Shown here in pieces: positions 18,920 through 27,704 of a stretch of 64,000 nt of DNA. The notes beneath the pieces were generated by a model. That model ran no database searches. It worked only from the letters and a program-made list of their open reading frames with translations, and was not told the origin of the DNA. This DNA is from an uncultured delta proteobacterium (GTDB lineage: Bacteria > Desulfobacterota > Binatia > Binatales > Binataceae). Numbering within the stretch: the first letter of the stretch is position 1; each line of letters opens with the position of its first letter. A program made the position numbers and the translations under genes. The DNA lies in the NCBI GenBank assembly GCA_963794325.1, contig CAWCDG010000009.1:32001-96000 (forward strand), read 5' to 3'.

Positions 18920-19933
18920 TTATTTGTCTTCCGAGGCGTAAACGCCCTTGCCGAGTTCATCCATCGACGGCTCCGGGCTTTCGTCGGCGAACTTGACCGC
19001 GTCGTCTATTGTGGCGGCGACTTCGTTTTCGACGTCGTTGAGTTTCGATTCGGTTGCGCGCTTTTCGGTCAACAGGCGGCGGCGCAGATTCTTGATCGGA
19101 TCGCGCTCCTGCCAGATTCGTTCCTCGCGCTTGGATCGGTACTCGGCCGGGTCGGACATCGAATGACCGCGAAAGCGGTAGGTGACGGCCTCGATCAGCG
19201 AGGGCCCGTCACCGGCGCGGGCGCGAGCGACCGCCTCGGTCGTGGCCGTGTAAACGTCGAGCACGTCCATCCCGTCCACGCGCACGCCGGGCATCTTGTA
19301 CGGCTCTGCGAACCGGTAGAGCTCTTCCTGGCTGATCGCATTCTGGACCAGCGTGCCCATCCCGTAGAAGTTGTTCTCGCAAATGAAAACCAGCGGCAGC
19401 TTCCACAGCGACGCCATGTTCAATGTCTCGTGGAACGCGCCTTGTGGAAGCGCGCCGTCGCCGAAGAAGCAGCAGACCACCTCGGGACCTTCGTTGTAGC
19501 TGACCGCAAGCGCGAGGCCGCATGCGATCGGCAATCCACCGCCGACGATCGCGTAACCGCCCATGAAGCGCAGGTCCTGATCGAACAGATGCATCGAGCC
19601 GCCGCGGCCGTGCGAGATGCCGGTGGCCTTGCCGAACAGCTCGGCCATCACGACGCGCGGATCGGCGCCCTTGGCAAGGCAATGCCCATGCTCGCGATAG
19701 GTTGAGACGACGTAGTCCTTGTCGTAGAGCGCGTAAATCGAGCCGACGGCGACCGCCTCCTCGCCGGCGTAGAGATGACAGAACCCGGTGATTTTCCCGC
19801 GGCTGTACATCTCGGCAGTTTTCTCCTCGAACCGCCGGATCAGCGTCATGCGCCGATAGAGGTCGAGAAGCTGGCTCTCGTGCAGGGTCAGCAGCGCATG
19901 CTGCGCGGTATGCTTATGGGGTTCGAGCGCCAT
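18920..19933 (-). CDS. pdhA: pyruvate dehydrogenase E1 alpha
   Basis: GFCHLYAGEEA, GRGGSMH, FFGDGA, RFRGHSMSDP. Confidence 0.95.
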   Translation of the reverse strand: MALEPHKHTAQHALLTLHESQLLDLYRRMTLIRRFEEKTAEMYSRGKITGFCHLYAGEEAVAVGSIYALYDKDYVVSTYREHGHCLAKGADPRVVMAELFGKATGISHGRGGSMHLFDQDLRFMGGYAIVGGGLPIACGLALAVSYNEGPEVVCCFFGDGALPQGAFHETLNMASLWKLPLVFICENNFYGMGTLVQNAISQEELYRFAEPYKMPGVRVDGMDVLDVYTATTEAVARARAGDGPSLIEAVTYRFRGHSMSDPAEYRSKREERIWQERDPIKNLRRRLLTEKRATESKLNDVENEVAATIDDAVKFADESPEPSMDELGKGVYASEDK

Positions 19934-19988
19934 GAACTTAATTGTAGTGAAACCCCCGCTTTGTTTCAGCAGGCAATGCATCGCCCGA

Positions 19989-20223
19989 TCCTAACCTCTC
20001 CTTGTCCGAGGAGAGGTCGGCGCGAGCCGTAGGCGAGCGACGGGAGTGGTGCAGCGCTGGCCGTCGCTACAAGGCGCGTTGTGCTGCTGTCGAGTGGCGA
20101 ACTGGTTTCTCTGCATTGAGATTAAACGAGTCCGCGTTGGTGGACTGTCGCGCGTTGTACCACTCCCGGCGACACCGCTGCGCGGCTTTCGCCGACCTCT
20201 CCTCGGACAAGGAGAGGTTAGGA
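19989..20223. repeat. MITE/BIME-like element with 34-bp perfect (about 65-bp imperfect) terminal inverted repeats
   Basis: TCCTAACCTCTCCTTGTCCGAGGAGAGGTCGGCG at 19989-20022 and its exact reverse complement at 20190-20223. Confidence 0.85.
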
Positions 20224-20224
20224 A

Positions 20225-20851
20225 TCAAAACAATGGGCGTTGCGCTGACGCTGCCACCGGCTGGAACGAGCGGCGATGGATTGGCGATGGGCCGAGCTTG
20301 ATCAGCGTTTGCATGTGGTCGTTGGTGCAGTAGCCCTTGTGTTGCGCGAAGCCATAGCCGGGATACTGGCCGTCGAGTTCGACCATCATGCGGTCGCGCG
20401 TGACCTTGGCGATGATCGAGGCAGCGGCGATGCAGAAACTCTTGCGGTCGCCGCCGACGATCTTTGTTTGCGGAAATTCGAGACTCGGGATCTCGCGACC
20501 GTCAACCAGCACGTGGCCGGGCGTGAGACTGAGGGCGGATAGCGCGCGGCGGCTCGCAGACATCGTGGCCCAATAGATATTGAGCCGATCGATTTCGTTG
20601 ACCTCCGCGATACCGACGCCGATCGCGATGGCGCGCTCGCTGATCGGCGTGAAGAGGTCCTCGCGCTGTTCGTGGGTCAACTGCTTTGAATCGTGCACGC
20701 CTCGGATGAAAATCTCAGGCGCGAAGATGACCGCCGCTGCGACCACCGGACCCGCCATCGGGCCGACCCCGGCTTCATCGACGCCGGCGACAGCGTCGAT
20801 GCCAAGTTTCCAGAGCCGTCGTTCGTAGCGCAGGTCGGGTCGCTTGCTCAT
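20225..20851 (-). CDS. rnhB: ribonuclease HII
   Basis: GVDEAG.GPMAGPVV, DSKQL, AAASIIAKVTRD, HKGY, HRRSF. Confidence 0.95.
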   Translation of the reverse strand: MSKRPDLRYERRLWKLGIDAVAGVDEAGVGPMAGPVVAAAVIFAPEIFIRGVHDSKQLTHEQREDLFTPISERAIAIGVGIAEVNEIDRLNIYWATMSASRRALSALSLTPGHVLVDGREIPSLEFPQTKIVGGDRKSFCIAAASIIAKVTRDRMMVELDGQYPGYGFAQHKGYCTNDHMQTLIKLGPSPIHRRSFQPVAASAQRPLF

Positions 20852-21390
20852 TACGCCATCCGCTTCAAACGTGCCTTGCGAATCGTCTCTGCCGCAAGAT
20901 CGGGATCGTAAATCTCGTTAAGCCGGATGGCATAGTCGGCGCTGGCCGCCGATGCGATCGTAACGTCGCCGAGTCCGAACATCCTTTGAAAGACGCGCTT
21001 GGTGACTTCGACCGAGCGGATGTCGGCCAGTTCCATCTCGCGCCGGCGTGACGCGACCAGTCCGCGCTTTTCGATCAGGCGATCGGAAGTCAGACTCCAA
21101 CTGATGGTCCGCGCGCGAATCATAGTGATGATCCAGAACAGCACGCCGAGGCCGATTACTCCAAAGCCGGCCTGGATCGGTTGAAATTTGACGTAGAGAA
21201 GGCGGCCGCCAGCCGCGATCAGGATTCCGCCGACGATGAATCCGTTCGCGTAGTAGAACAGCGAAGGCCGGAAGGTGGCGAGTGCGTACTCGCGAACTGC
21301 CGACGGCTTGGGCGCGAACAACCGCGTCCCGCATCGCGAGCAGAATGCGGCGCCTTGCTGGTTGTCGTTACCGCACTGGGGACATCTCAT
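20851..21390 (-). CDS. zinc-ribbon + bacterial PH (bPH_2) domain membrane protein
   Basis: CPQCG..FCSRCG, two TM helices, LTSDRLIEKRG..QRMFGLGDVTI. Confidence 0.8.
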   Translation of the reverse strand: MRCPQCGNDNQQGAAFCSRCGTRLFAPKPSAVREYALATFRPSLFYYANGFIVGGILIAAGGRLLYVKFQPIQAGFGVIGLGVLFWIITMIRARTISWSLTSDRLIEKRGLVASRRREMELADIRSVEVTKRVFQRMFGLGDVTIASAASADYAIRLNEIYDPDLAAETIRKARLKRMA

Positions 21391-21522
21391 CGCGCGCCCG
21401 CCTCATCCGCATCATCGGCCAGAGTCGTAGTCGATGCGATTATGATGATGGCCGGCGTGCCGCGTCAATGCAGTGGCGCGAACAACTGGCCTGAATCTAC
21501 AGGGTCGTGGTAATCGTCGTTC

Positions 21523-22371
21523 ATGAAAATCGGATTATTCGGAATCAACAACGGTCCGTGTGCGTTTCCCAAATGCGCCGCCAGTGTCGCGCGTGCGGCC
21601 GAGGACGCGGGCTTCGAAAGCGTGTGGACCGGCGAGCACGTGATACTGCCCGACCCGCAGGCGCCGCCGTCGCCGGTAGCGGCCGACTACCCGATGCTCG
21701 ATCCTGCGGTCTCGCTCGCGTTCATCGCGGCGCATACGACCAAGCTTCGGCTCGGCACCGGCATCATCATATTGCCCCAGCGCAACCCGGTGGTGCTCGC
21801 GAAGGAGCTCGCCTCGACCGACGTGCTCTCGAACGGACGGCTGATTTTCGGAATCGGTGTTGGTTACCTGAAGCCGGAGTTCGAGGCGATCGGTGCGCCG
21901 TTCGATCATAAGGGTGCGCGTTCCGAGGAATGGCTGGCGGCGATGATCGCGCTGTGGTCGATGCCGAAGCCGGAGTTCGCCGGCAAGTGGATCAAATTCA
22001 AGGGCGTCAATGCGATGCCGCGGCCGGTGCAGAAGCCGCATCCCGAGATTGTCTTCGGCGGACATACCAAGGAAGCGTTCAGCCGCGCCGCTCGTCTCGC
22101 GAAGGGCTGGTATGGATTTGCGCAAGACCTTGACGGTACTGCGAAGTGCGTTGAGGGGCTGAAGGCCGCATGCAAGGCGGCGGGCCGCCGGTTCGAGGAG
22201 TTAGAGATAAGCATCACGCCAAGTCCGCGAGTGAAGGTTGATCGCGACACAGCCCAGCGTTACGCCGAGCTCGGCGTGAGTCGTCTGATACTGTTGCAGC
22301 GCGGCGCGGACGAAGCAGAGTTACTGAAAGGCGTCGGCGAGGTTGCGCGCGAACTGATCGGGAAAGTGTAA
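21523..22371 (+). CDS. LLM-class F420-dependent oxidoreductase
   Basis: GFESVWTGEH, LRLGTGIIILPQRNPVVLAK, PRPVQKPHP. Confidence 0.9.
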   Translation: MKIGLFGINNGPCAFPKCAASVARAAEDAGFESVWTGEHVILPDPQAPPSPVAADYPMLDPAVSLAFIAAHTTKLRLGTGIIILPQRNPVVLAKELASTDVLSNGRLIFGIGVGYLKPEFEAIGAPFDHKGARSEEWLAAMIALWSMPKPEFAGKWIKFKGVNAMPRPVQKPHPEIVFGGHTKEAFSRAARLAKGWYGFAQDLDGTAKCVEGLKAACKAAGRRFEELEISITPSPRVKVDRDTAQRYAELGVSRLILLQRGADEAELLKGVGEVARELIGKV

Positions 22372-22572
22372 GGCGTCAACTGATAGTTAGCGGAATCGAG
22401 CCGGTCAAAACAGGACGACAAGTGTCCCAGAAGCGCGACGGAGTGCATTGACGAGTCGCGTTCACGGCACGACCGTCATTTTTCGGTCGTAGTGGCAAAA
22501 TCCTACCGTCTGCGGCGTTCAATTTCAGCCGCATACTGCTTTATTCGAGTGACATTCAGGCTGGTATCCCCT

Positions 22573-22587
22573 CGGCACGCAGCTTGC
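22573..22587 (+). promoter_or_regulatory. sigma54 -24/-12 promoter
   Basis: CGGCACGCAGCTTGC (GG-N10-GC) about 70 nt upstream of the HTH gene. Confidence 0.7.
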
Positions 22588-22659
22588 GATAGCCCTCTGA
22601 GAGTCCGCTGTGGCAATCACACGAATCAATAAAGGAAAGTGAAAAGAGGGAGCTGACAG

Positions 22660-22854
22660 ATGCTGAAAAATGACAGCAGTCACGTACTGACGGTCAAGGA
22701 ACTTTCTGACTATCTGAAGGTTCATCCGTCGACGATATATCGCCAGCTCAAGCGCGGGCGTTTGCCGGCGTTCAAGGTTGGCAGCGACTGGCGCTTCAAT
22801 ATCGAATCGATCGACCGATGGCGTCTGGAGCAGGACGCATTCAAAGAGATGTAG
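22660..22854 (+). CDS. helix-turn-helix (HTH_17, excisionase-like) DNA-binding protein
   Basis: LTVKELSDYLKVHPSTIYR..GRLPAFKVGSDWRF. Confidence 0.85.
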   Translation: MLKNDSSHVLTVKELSDYLKVHPSTIYRQLKRGRLPAFKVGSDWRFNIESIDRWRLEQDAFKEM

Positions 22855-23048
22855 TACTGCCGGGGGGCACGCTCGTGGTGGGGACCAACGGGGGGAGCTG
22901 GGGGAAAGAGGGGAGTCACGCAGAGGGCGTCCGCAAGGACGCCCGGCGTGGCTAGTTTTCGGCGTCAGTGGGACGGGCCGCGTCAGTGGGGCGGGCCGCC
23001 TTGCCCGCCAAGGCCAAGCTTGAGGAGTGTGAGCGTCGAGGAGAAATT

Positions 23049-23255
23049 ATGCGTTTGACTATTGTGGCGGGATTGATCATGGGCCTGTCGCTGGCAGTCC
23101 AGTCGATGCTAGGCGCTCACGCGAAGGCAAAAGTCGGTGATGCGGCGAGCTCAGTGCGGTCCAATGCGCGCGTGGTCGCGCCGTGGTACGTCGCGGCAAG
23201 TGATGCGCGTCGCGAGAAGCACAGCGTAGACACGGCCACTGAGTCGCGAACCTGA
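23049..23255 (+). CDS. small secreted hypothetical protein
   Basis: GAGGAG RBS and a signal peptide ending AHAKA. Confidence 0.5.
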   Translation: MRLTIVAGLIMGLSLAVQSMLGAHAKAKVGDAASSVRSNARVVAPWYVAASDARREKHSVDTATESRT

Positions 23256-23281
23256 TTCGATCGCATCTCCGCGACCGACCG

Positions 23282-23310
23282 GTTCTCCTTCCCGCTCGTG
23301 AAGGGGTTAG
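23282..23310 (-). repeat. REP-like family A, copy 4 (partial, degenerate)
   Basis: Minus strand CTAACCCCTTCACGAGCGGGAAGGAGAAC. Confidence 0.6.
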
Positions 23311-23432
23311 TTGATCATGCGCTGCGCGCACCCTGACGGATGAAAGCCGAACATCTGTTACGCGCTCCATCGATCCGCCACCCCTGAGAGCAAAAGCGCG
23401 TCCTCGCGATTTTTGCGATTTCTTTCTCTTAA

Positions 23433-23458
23433 TACTGGGTGCAGGGGTCACCCCTGCC
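23433..23458 (+). repeat. repeat family B, copy 4 (first hairpin only)
   Basis: TACTGGGTGCAGGGGTCACCCCTGCC. Confidence 0.75.
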
Positions 23459-23550
23459 GCCCGCCGCGCAGGCGATTATTTCTTTGTTTTATTTTCCATC
23501 TGGCGACGTGCCAGACACATCAGACTGTTCTTATCGCGCCGGTCGATGCC

Positions 23551-25512
23551 TCATCGGCAGGAACCGACGAAATCGAATGCGAGCCATCCGCGGAGCGGAT
23601 CGACGCGGCTCACTTGCACCATGATCGGTAGCTGATTCGGAAGGCTGGGCGCTCCGTGCAAGGTTCCTCGAACCGTGAAGTCGACCAGCTCTGCGCTCTG
23701 GCCTTCGCGTGCGACGTAGGCGAGCAACGGGCCGTCCTGGGCGTGACGTTCAAGATAGCGAAGGATCCAGTAGCGCTTCGCACGCCGCTCGAGTTCGCGG
23801 CCCGACGCTTCCGCATTCTCGGCGCCGGCCAGCACGGTCAGCAATTCATCGACGGTATATATCGCGGTGTCGTGGTCGCGATTCGCAAGCGCGCCCAACA
23901 ATTGTCGCTGCAGGACCAGGTCGGCATAGCGGCGGATCGGCGAGCTCAACTGGGCATAAAAGTCGAGTCCGATCCCGGCGTGATATTCCGGGTGCAGCGA
24001 CAGCCGAGGGCGCATCGACGCCATATCGCCTCCGCCCATTTGCGGCTGCACGCGGTAGATGATCGGAATGCGATTCGCCGCCGCGTATCGAGCTGCGACG
24101 AAATTGTTCAGCACCATGAACTCCGCCACAAGCGTGCGGCCGGGAGACGCGTTGTCGAGCACAGAGATTTGAACGTCGTCGCCATGCACGCGAACCTTCG
24201 CCTCACGCCGCTGCACGAGCACCGCGCCGGAGGTACGTCGTCGTTGGCGAAGCTTGATCGCCGCGGCGTTGAGGCGAGAGACGGTCGCCGCGGTTTCGTC
24301 GCCGTCATTTCCTGATTCGAGAAACCGATCGACCTGGTCATAGTCGAGCCGGCGCATGATTGGAATTCGCGCTGGGTAAATCGAAGCTTCGAGCAGTTCG
24401 CCGTCCGCCGACAATCGCACGTCGGTGGTCAGCACCGGCCGATCCTGGCCCTCAATCAGACTCGCCGCGCGGCATGAGATCGGATCAGGTAGCATCCTGA
24501 TAGTCGTCTCGGGCAGGTAGACCGTGGTGGCGCGCGAGGCCGCTTCCTGATCCATCGCGCCGCCCTTGGCGACGAAATCCGCCACCAGCGCGATATGCAC
24601 CCGGACGCGGATGCCGCCGTCGGCGAGTGGCTCGCAACTGAGAGCATCGTCGACCTCGACGGTATCGTTGTCATCGACTGTGACTGCGAAGCCGCCGTCG
24701 GAAATCGCGCGCGGACCCGGCACCACCTCGGACGCCTCCTTCATCACCGCATCGCTGAACTCGTCCTTGAGCCCGGCGATGAATGCGAAGCGTGGCACGC
24801 GCAGCGGAGCGCCGAGCCGCTCGAGAATTTCGAATGCTGCTTCCGCCGGATCGACGTCGGGCGCCGCCTGCGTGAGCATCTGCGTCATATCGCGGTTGCG
24901 GGTGTGCGGATTTTTGAGAAAACGCGTTAGCTCTTCGATAAGCGCAGCCGCTTCGTCGGCGGGCGGCTTCTCGGCGCCGATCAGGACGTCGCGCAGATGC
25001 TTCTGGATTTTGCGAGAGTCCTTGCTGCGCGCACGAATCCGATCGTTCTGTATCCGCAGGCGTTCGACCTGTTCGGGTGTGCGCGGCACGAAATCCATGT
25101 GGCGGCGGACAAAGTAAGTGCGATCATTCAGCAAAGCTTCGAGCATCACGGAGGCGGCCGCGTTCGAGCGACGGCCGAAAAACAGATCGGCCAGCTCGAC
25201 CGCCGAAAAACTGCGGCTCTGCTCCTGCGCGACTTGCCAGAGCAACTCGAGATCGAGTTCGGCGGCTAGTTGGGCGCGCTCATGTTCGAGCTCCGCGATC
25301 GCCTCGGCAACGTTTTCGCGATCGGCATGTCGCTCCGGATGGCGCATCAGCACCAGGTCGCGTGGAACCAGCTTCTCGTGTCCCGCGGCATCGACCACCG
25401 CGAGATGGCGTTCCTGTTCGCGGGTCACGAGCGCAGGTTTCAGCCGGCCCTGATCGAGGTACTCGATTATAGTACCGATAAATTTTACTGGTGATGACAC
25501 GTCTGAATTCAT
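23551..25512 (-). CDS. RNB-domain ribonuclease (RNase II/R family)
   Basis: TVDDNDTVEVDDAL, RATTVYLP, VAEFM, SSPIRRYADL. Confidence 0.9.
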   Translation of the reverse strand: MNSDVSSPVKFIGTIIEYLDQGRLKPALVTREQERHLAVVDAAGHEKLVPRDLVLMRHPERHADRENVAEAIAELEHERAQLAAELDLELLWQVAQEQSRSFSAVELADLFFGRRSNAAASVMLEALLNDRTYFVRRHMDFVPRTPEQVERLRIQNDRIRARSKDSRKIQKHLRDVLIGAEKPPADEAAALIEELTRFLKNPHTRNRDMTQMLTQAAPDVDPAEAAFEILERLGAPLRVPRFAFIAGLKDEFSDAVMKEASEVVPGPRAISDGGFAVTVDDNDTVEVDDALSCEPLADGGIRVRVHIALVADFVAKGGAMDQEAASRATTVYLPETTIRMLPDPISCRAASLIEGQDRPVLTTDVRLSADGELLEASIYPARIPIMRRLDYDQVDRFLESGNDGDETAATVSRLNAAAIKLRQRRRTSGAVLVQRREAKVRVHGDDVQISVLDNASPGRTLVAEFMVLNNFVAARYAAANRIPIIYRVQPQMGGGDMASMRPRLSLHPEYHAGIGLDFYAQLSSPIRRYADLVLQRQLLGALANRDHDTAIYTVDELLTVLAGAENAEASGRELERRAKRYWILRYLERHAQDGPLLAYVAREGQSAELVDFTVRGTLHGAPSLPNQLPIMVQVSRVDPLRGWLAFDFVGSCR

Positions 25513-25584
25513 TTTGACGACCGCCGCGAGCTAAGACTATATGGAAGGACGAACAATCGCGGAAAGTGTATTGAGCGAAGCAGC

Positions 25585-25800
25585 TTGAGCAGGAAAATTC
25601 AGATCGACGTGCCCGACGAACTGTTCGAGCATCTCATTCGGGTTGCGCAGGCGATGGGGATTTCGAATCCCGAAGAGGCTGCGACCGTTGGGCTGGCCGA
25701 GTGGGTGTTGCGCCGCAAGTCGGAGCTGGACGATCTGGATCCGAACGAAAAGTACGAAGTCAACGAGGCACTTGATGAACTTCTCGAAAAGAAAAAATAA
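25585..25800 (+). CDS. small hypothetical protein (RHH-like N-terminus)
   Basis: IQIDVPDELFEHL..AQAMGIS. Confidence 0.55.
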   Translation: MSRKIQIDVPDELFEHLIRVAQAMGISNPEEAATVGLAEWVLRRKSELDDLDPNEKYEVNEALDELLEKKK

Positions 25801-26819
25801 CTTTTCTATCTTCGCCGCAGCGTTCGCCATCGTTGCATTGACGATCGCCGCGTTGCCGGGCTTGACCAACTCGATCGCGCGCGCGTCGGGTCCCGGCCTC
25901 GAAGTCGAAGTCCCATTCGAGATCAAGGCGCTCAAGGCGCCCGGCCTCGTCGCACCGTACTTTATCCAGGACAATCACGGCACCATGGTGGTGTCCGATC
26001 AGGCTGGTGGCGTTTACTCGGTCACATTCGGAGGCAAAGCGACACCGCTGGCCGACAAGACGAAGACTCAAAAATCCGGCCGGATTGGCAATCGGCCCCG
26101 CAGGATTCGGATCATATGAGGGCAACGTTTTCGTCCTGGCCGCGACCGGCGGTATCAAGGGACCGTGCGAAGTCGAACGTATCGACAAGTCGGGCGCTGT
26201 CAGTACCTTCGCAAAAATGCCGGATGCGGCCGCGACGCAATGCAGTGACCTGGAATTCGGCAAGGCTAGCTCACCGTTCGCCGGCAAGCTTTACGCGATA
26301 ACGAATGGCAACGCATCGATTTATGCCATCGACGCCTCGGGCAAGGCGACCACATTTGGCTCGTACAACAAGCCGGTCGCGTTCGAGCTGACGACGATAA
26401 CATTCCCACCGTCGTCCGATTCGAAAGCGGCGGGCACGATGCTGATCGGGATGCGCGCGAAAGGTGGTTTCGCGGCGAAGGTTGGCCGCATCGGGATGAT
26501 CACTCCCGACGGCAAGTTGAAGGACGACGTTTACCTGGTCGGATTCATCCGGCCGGCGGGCTTTGCGTGGTCGCCCTCAACCTTCGGATCGTACAGCGAC
26601 GAATTGATGATCGCGGACACCGGCAAGTTTGCTTCCGAGAACAACAACGAACGCGACGGAACCGTCTACCGGGTCGAGAAAGATATTGCGCGGTCGTTCG
26701 CCTCGGGCTTGATGGATCCGACCGACATGAAGTTCATCGGCAGCAAGGCAGTGATTTGCGATCCCGCCGAGAAGGGCAAGGGGCAGGGCGCGATCGTGAT
26801 TATCTCGTCGATGCTGTAA
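25775..26819 (+). CDS. secreted beta-propeller-like protein with a frameshift near 26065
   Basis: The signal-peptide ORF joins the downstream frame at ADKTK/LKNPAGLAIGP; NHL-like repeats. Confidence 0.6.
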
Positions 26820-26826
26820 GCGCGAA

Positions 26827-27534
26827 TCAGTGCCAGGGCTCGCGGACTACTTCGGTGTCGCCGGTCTCGCGATCGACCAGCAGCATCTCAACCTGGTTAT
26901 ACTGTCCCTTGGGGAAAAAGACGTAGCCGCTGACAGTAAAGTCCTTGCGCACTTCCTCGGGCTTGAGTGAAACCGCTTCGAGCTGTTGATTGGCCTGCTG
27001 GTCGGCTTTTGACTGTCCTCGCTCAGCGCCCCTGAAAATGCCGCCCGCAGCTCCGAACGCCGTGCCCACCAACGCGCCCGCGCCCGGAGAGCCGAAACCA
27101 TACCATCCAGCGGAACGTCCCGCCGCACCGGCGATAGCGCCGGCACCCGCACCTACCGCAGCACCGCCAACGCCGCTGATCGCAGCGCTCTTCACTGCGC
27201 CTTCGAGTTCGTTAGCGCCGCCGGCCTGGCGCGCAGCTTCACCCGGAGCAAGAGGCGCCACTCGCTCGCCGGCTTCATTGAGCGCGAAGATCTGGCTGGG
27301 AATCACCGACCGCGGCGCATCAGTGCCGTTCGCGACCGACACATAAACCGGGGTTACTTCGCCGACGGTTGGCGCGGCCGCGACGCTCACCGCAACTCGG
27401 CCCTGCTGCGGCGTCGCGACGATATTGGGCGTATGCGCAATCGGCGCCGGCGCCACAGCGCAACCGGCAGTCACGACAACCATCGCGACCGCTCCGGCCC
27501 GCAGTGCAGCTAAGCGATTTTTTATCAGCGTCAC
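26827..27534 (-). CDS. glycine-zipper lipoprotein
   Basis: Lipobox TAGC; GxxxG-rich segment. Confidence 0.65.
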   Translation of the reverse strand: MTLIKNRLAALRAGAVAMVVVTAGCAVAPAPIAHTPNIVATPQQGRVAVSVAAAPTVGEVTPVYVSVANGTDAPRSVIPSQIFALNEAGERVAPLAPGEAARQAGGANELEGAVKSAAISGVGGAAVGAGAGAIAGAAGRSAGWYGFGSPGAGALVGTAFGAAGGIFRGAERGQSKADQQANQQLEAVSLKPEEVRKDFTVSGYVFFPKGQYNQVEMLLVDRETGDTEVVREPWH

Positions 27535-27704
27535 GAATGCAAACCCCTGCTCTTCATTTCAGTCGATGGCGCGCGGCAAGTCTATACCTCGCACGGCTCG
27601 CATCATTAGACGTTGCTCGCAGCGCCGGACGTTTCAGATGAACGAACGTTTATTTCAGGTGCGTTTTCGAGGCTTTTCCGGCAAGCTCTGCTAGGATTCA
27701 CTCG

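Noticed and set aside
22660-22854. Prophage excisionase marking the island
   Set aside because: Lies 7.5 kb outside the att repeats among housekeeping genes, with no phage genes nearby
1484-23458. CRISPR array from the palindromic repeats
   Set aside because: Copies are dispersed kilobases apart, with no regular spacers and no cas genes
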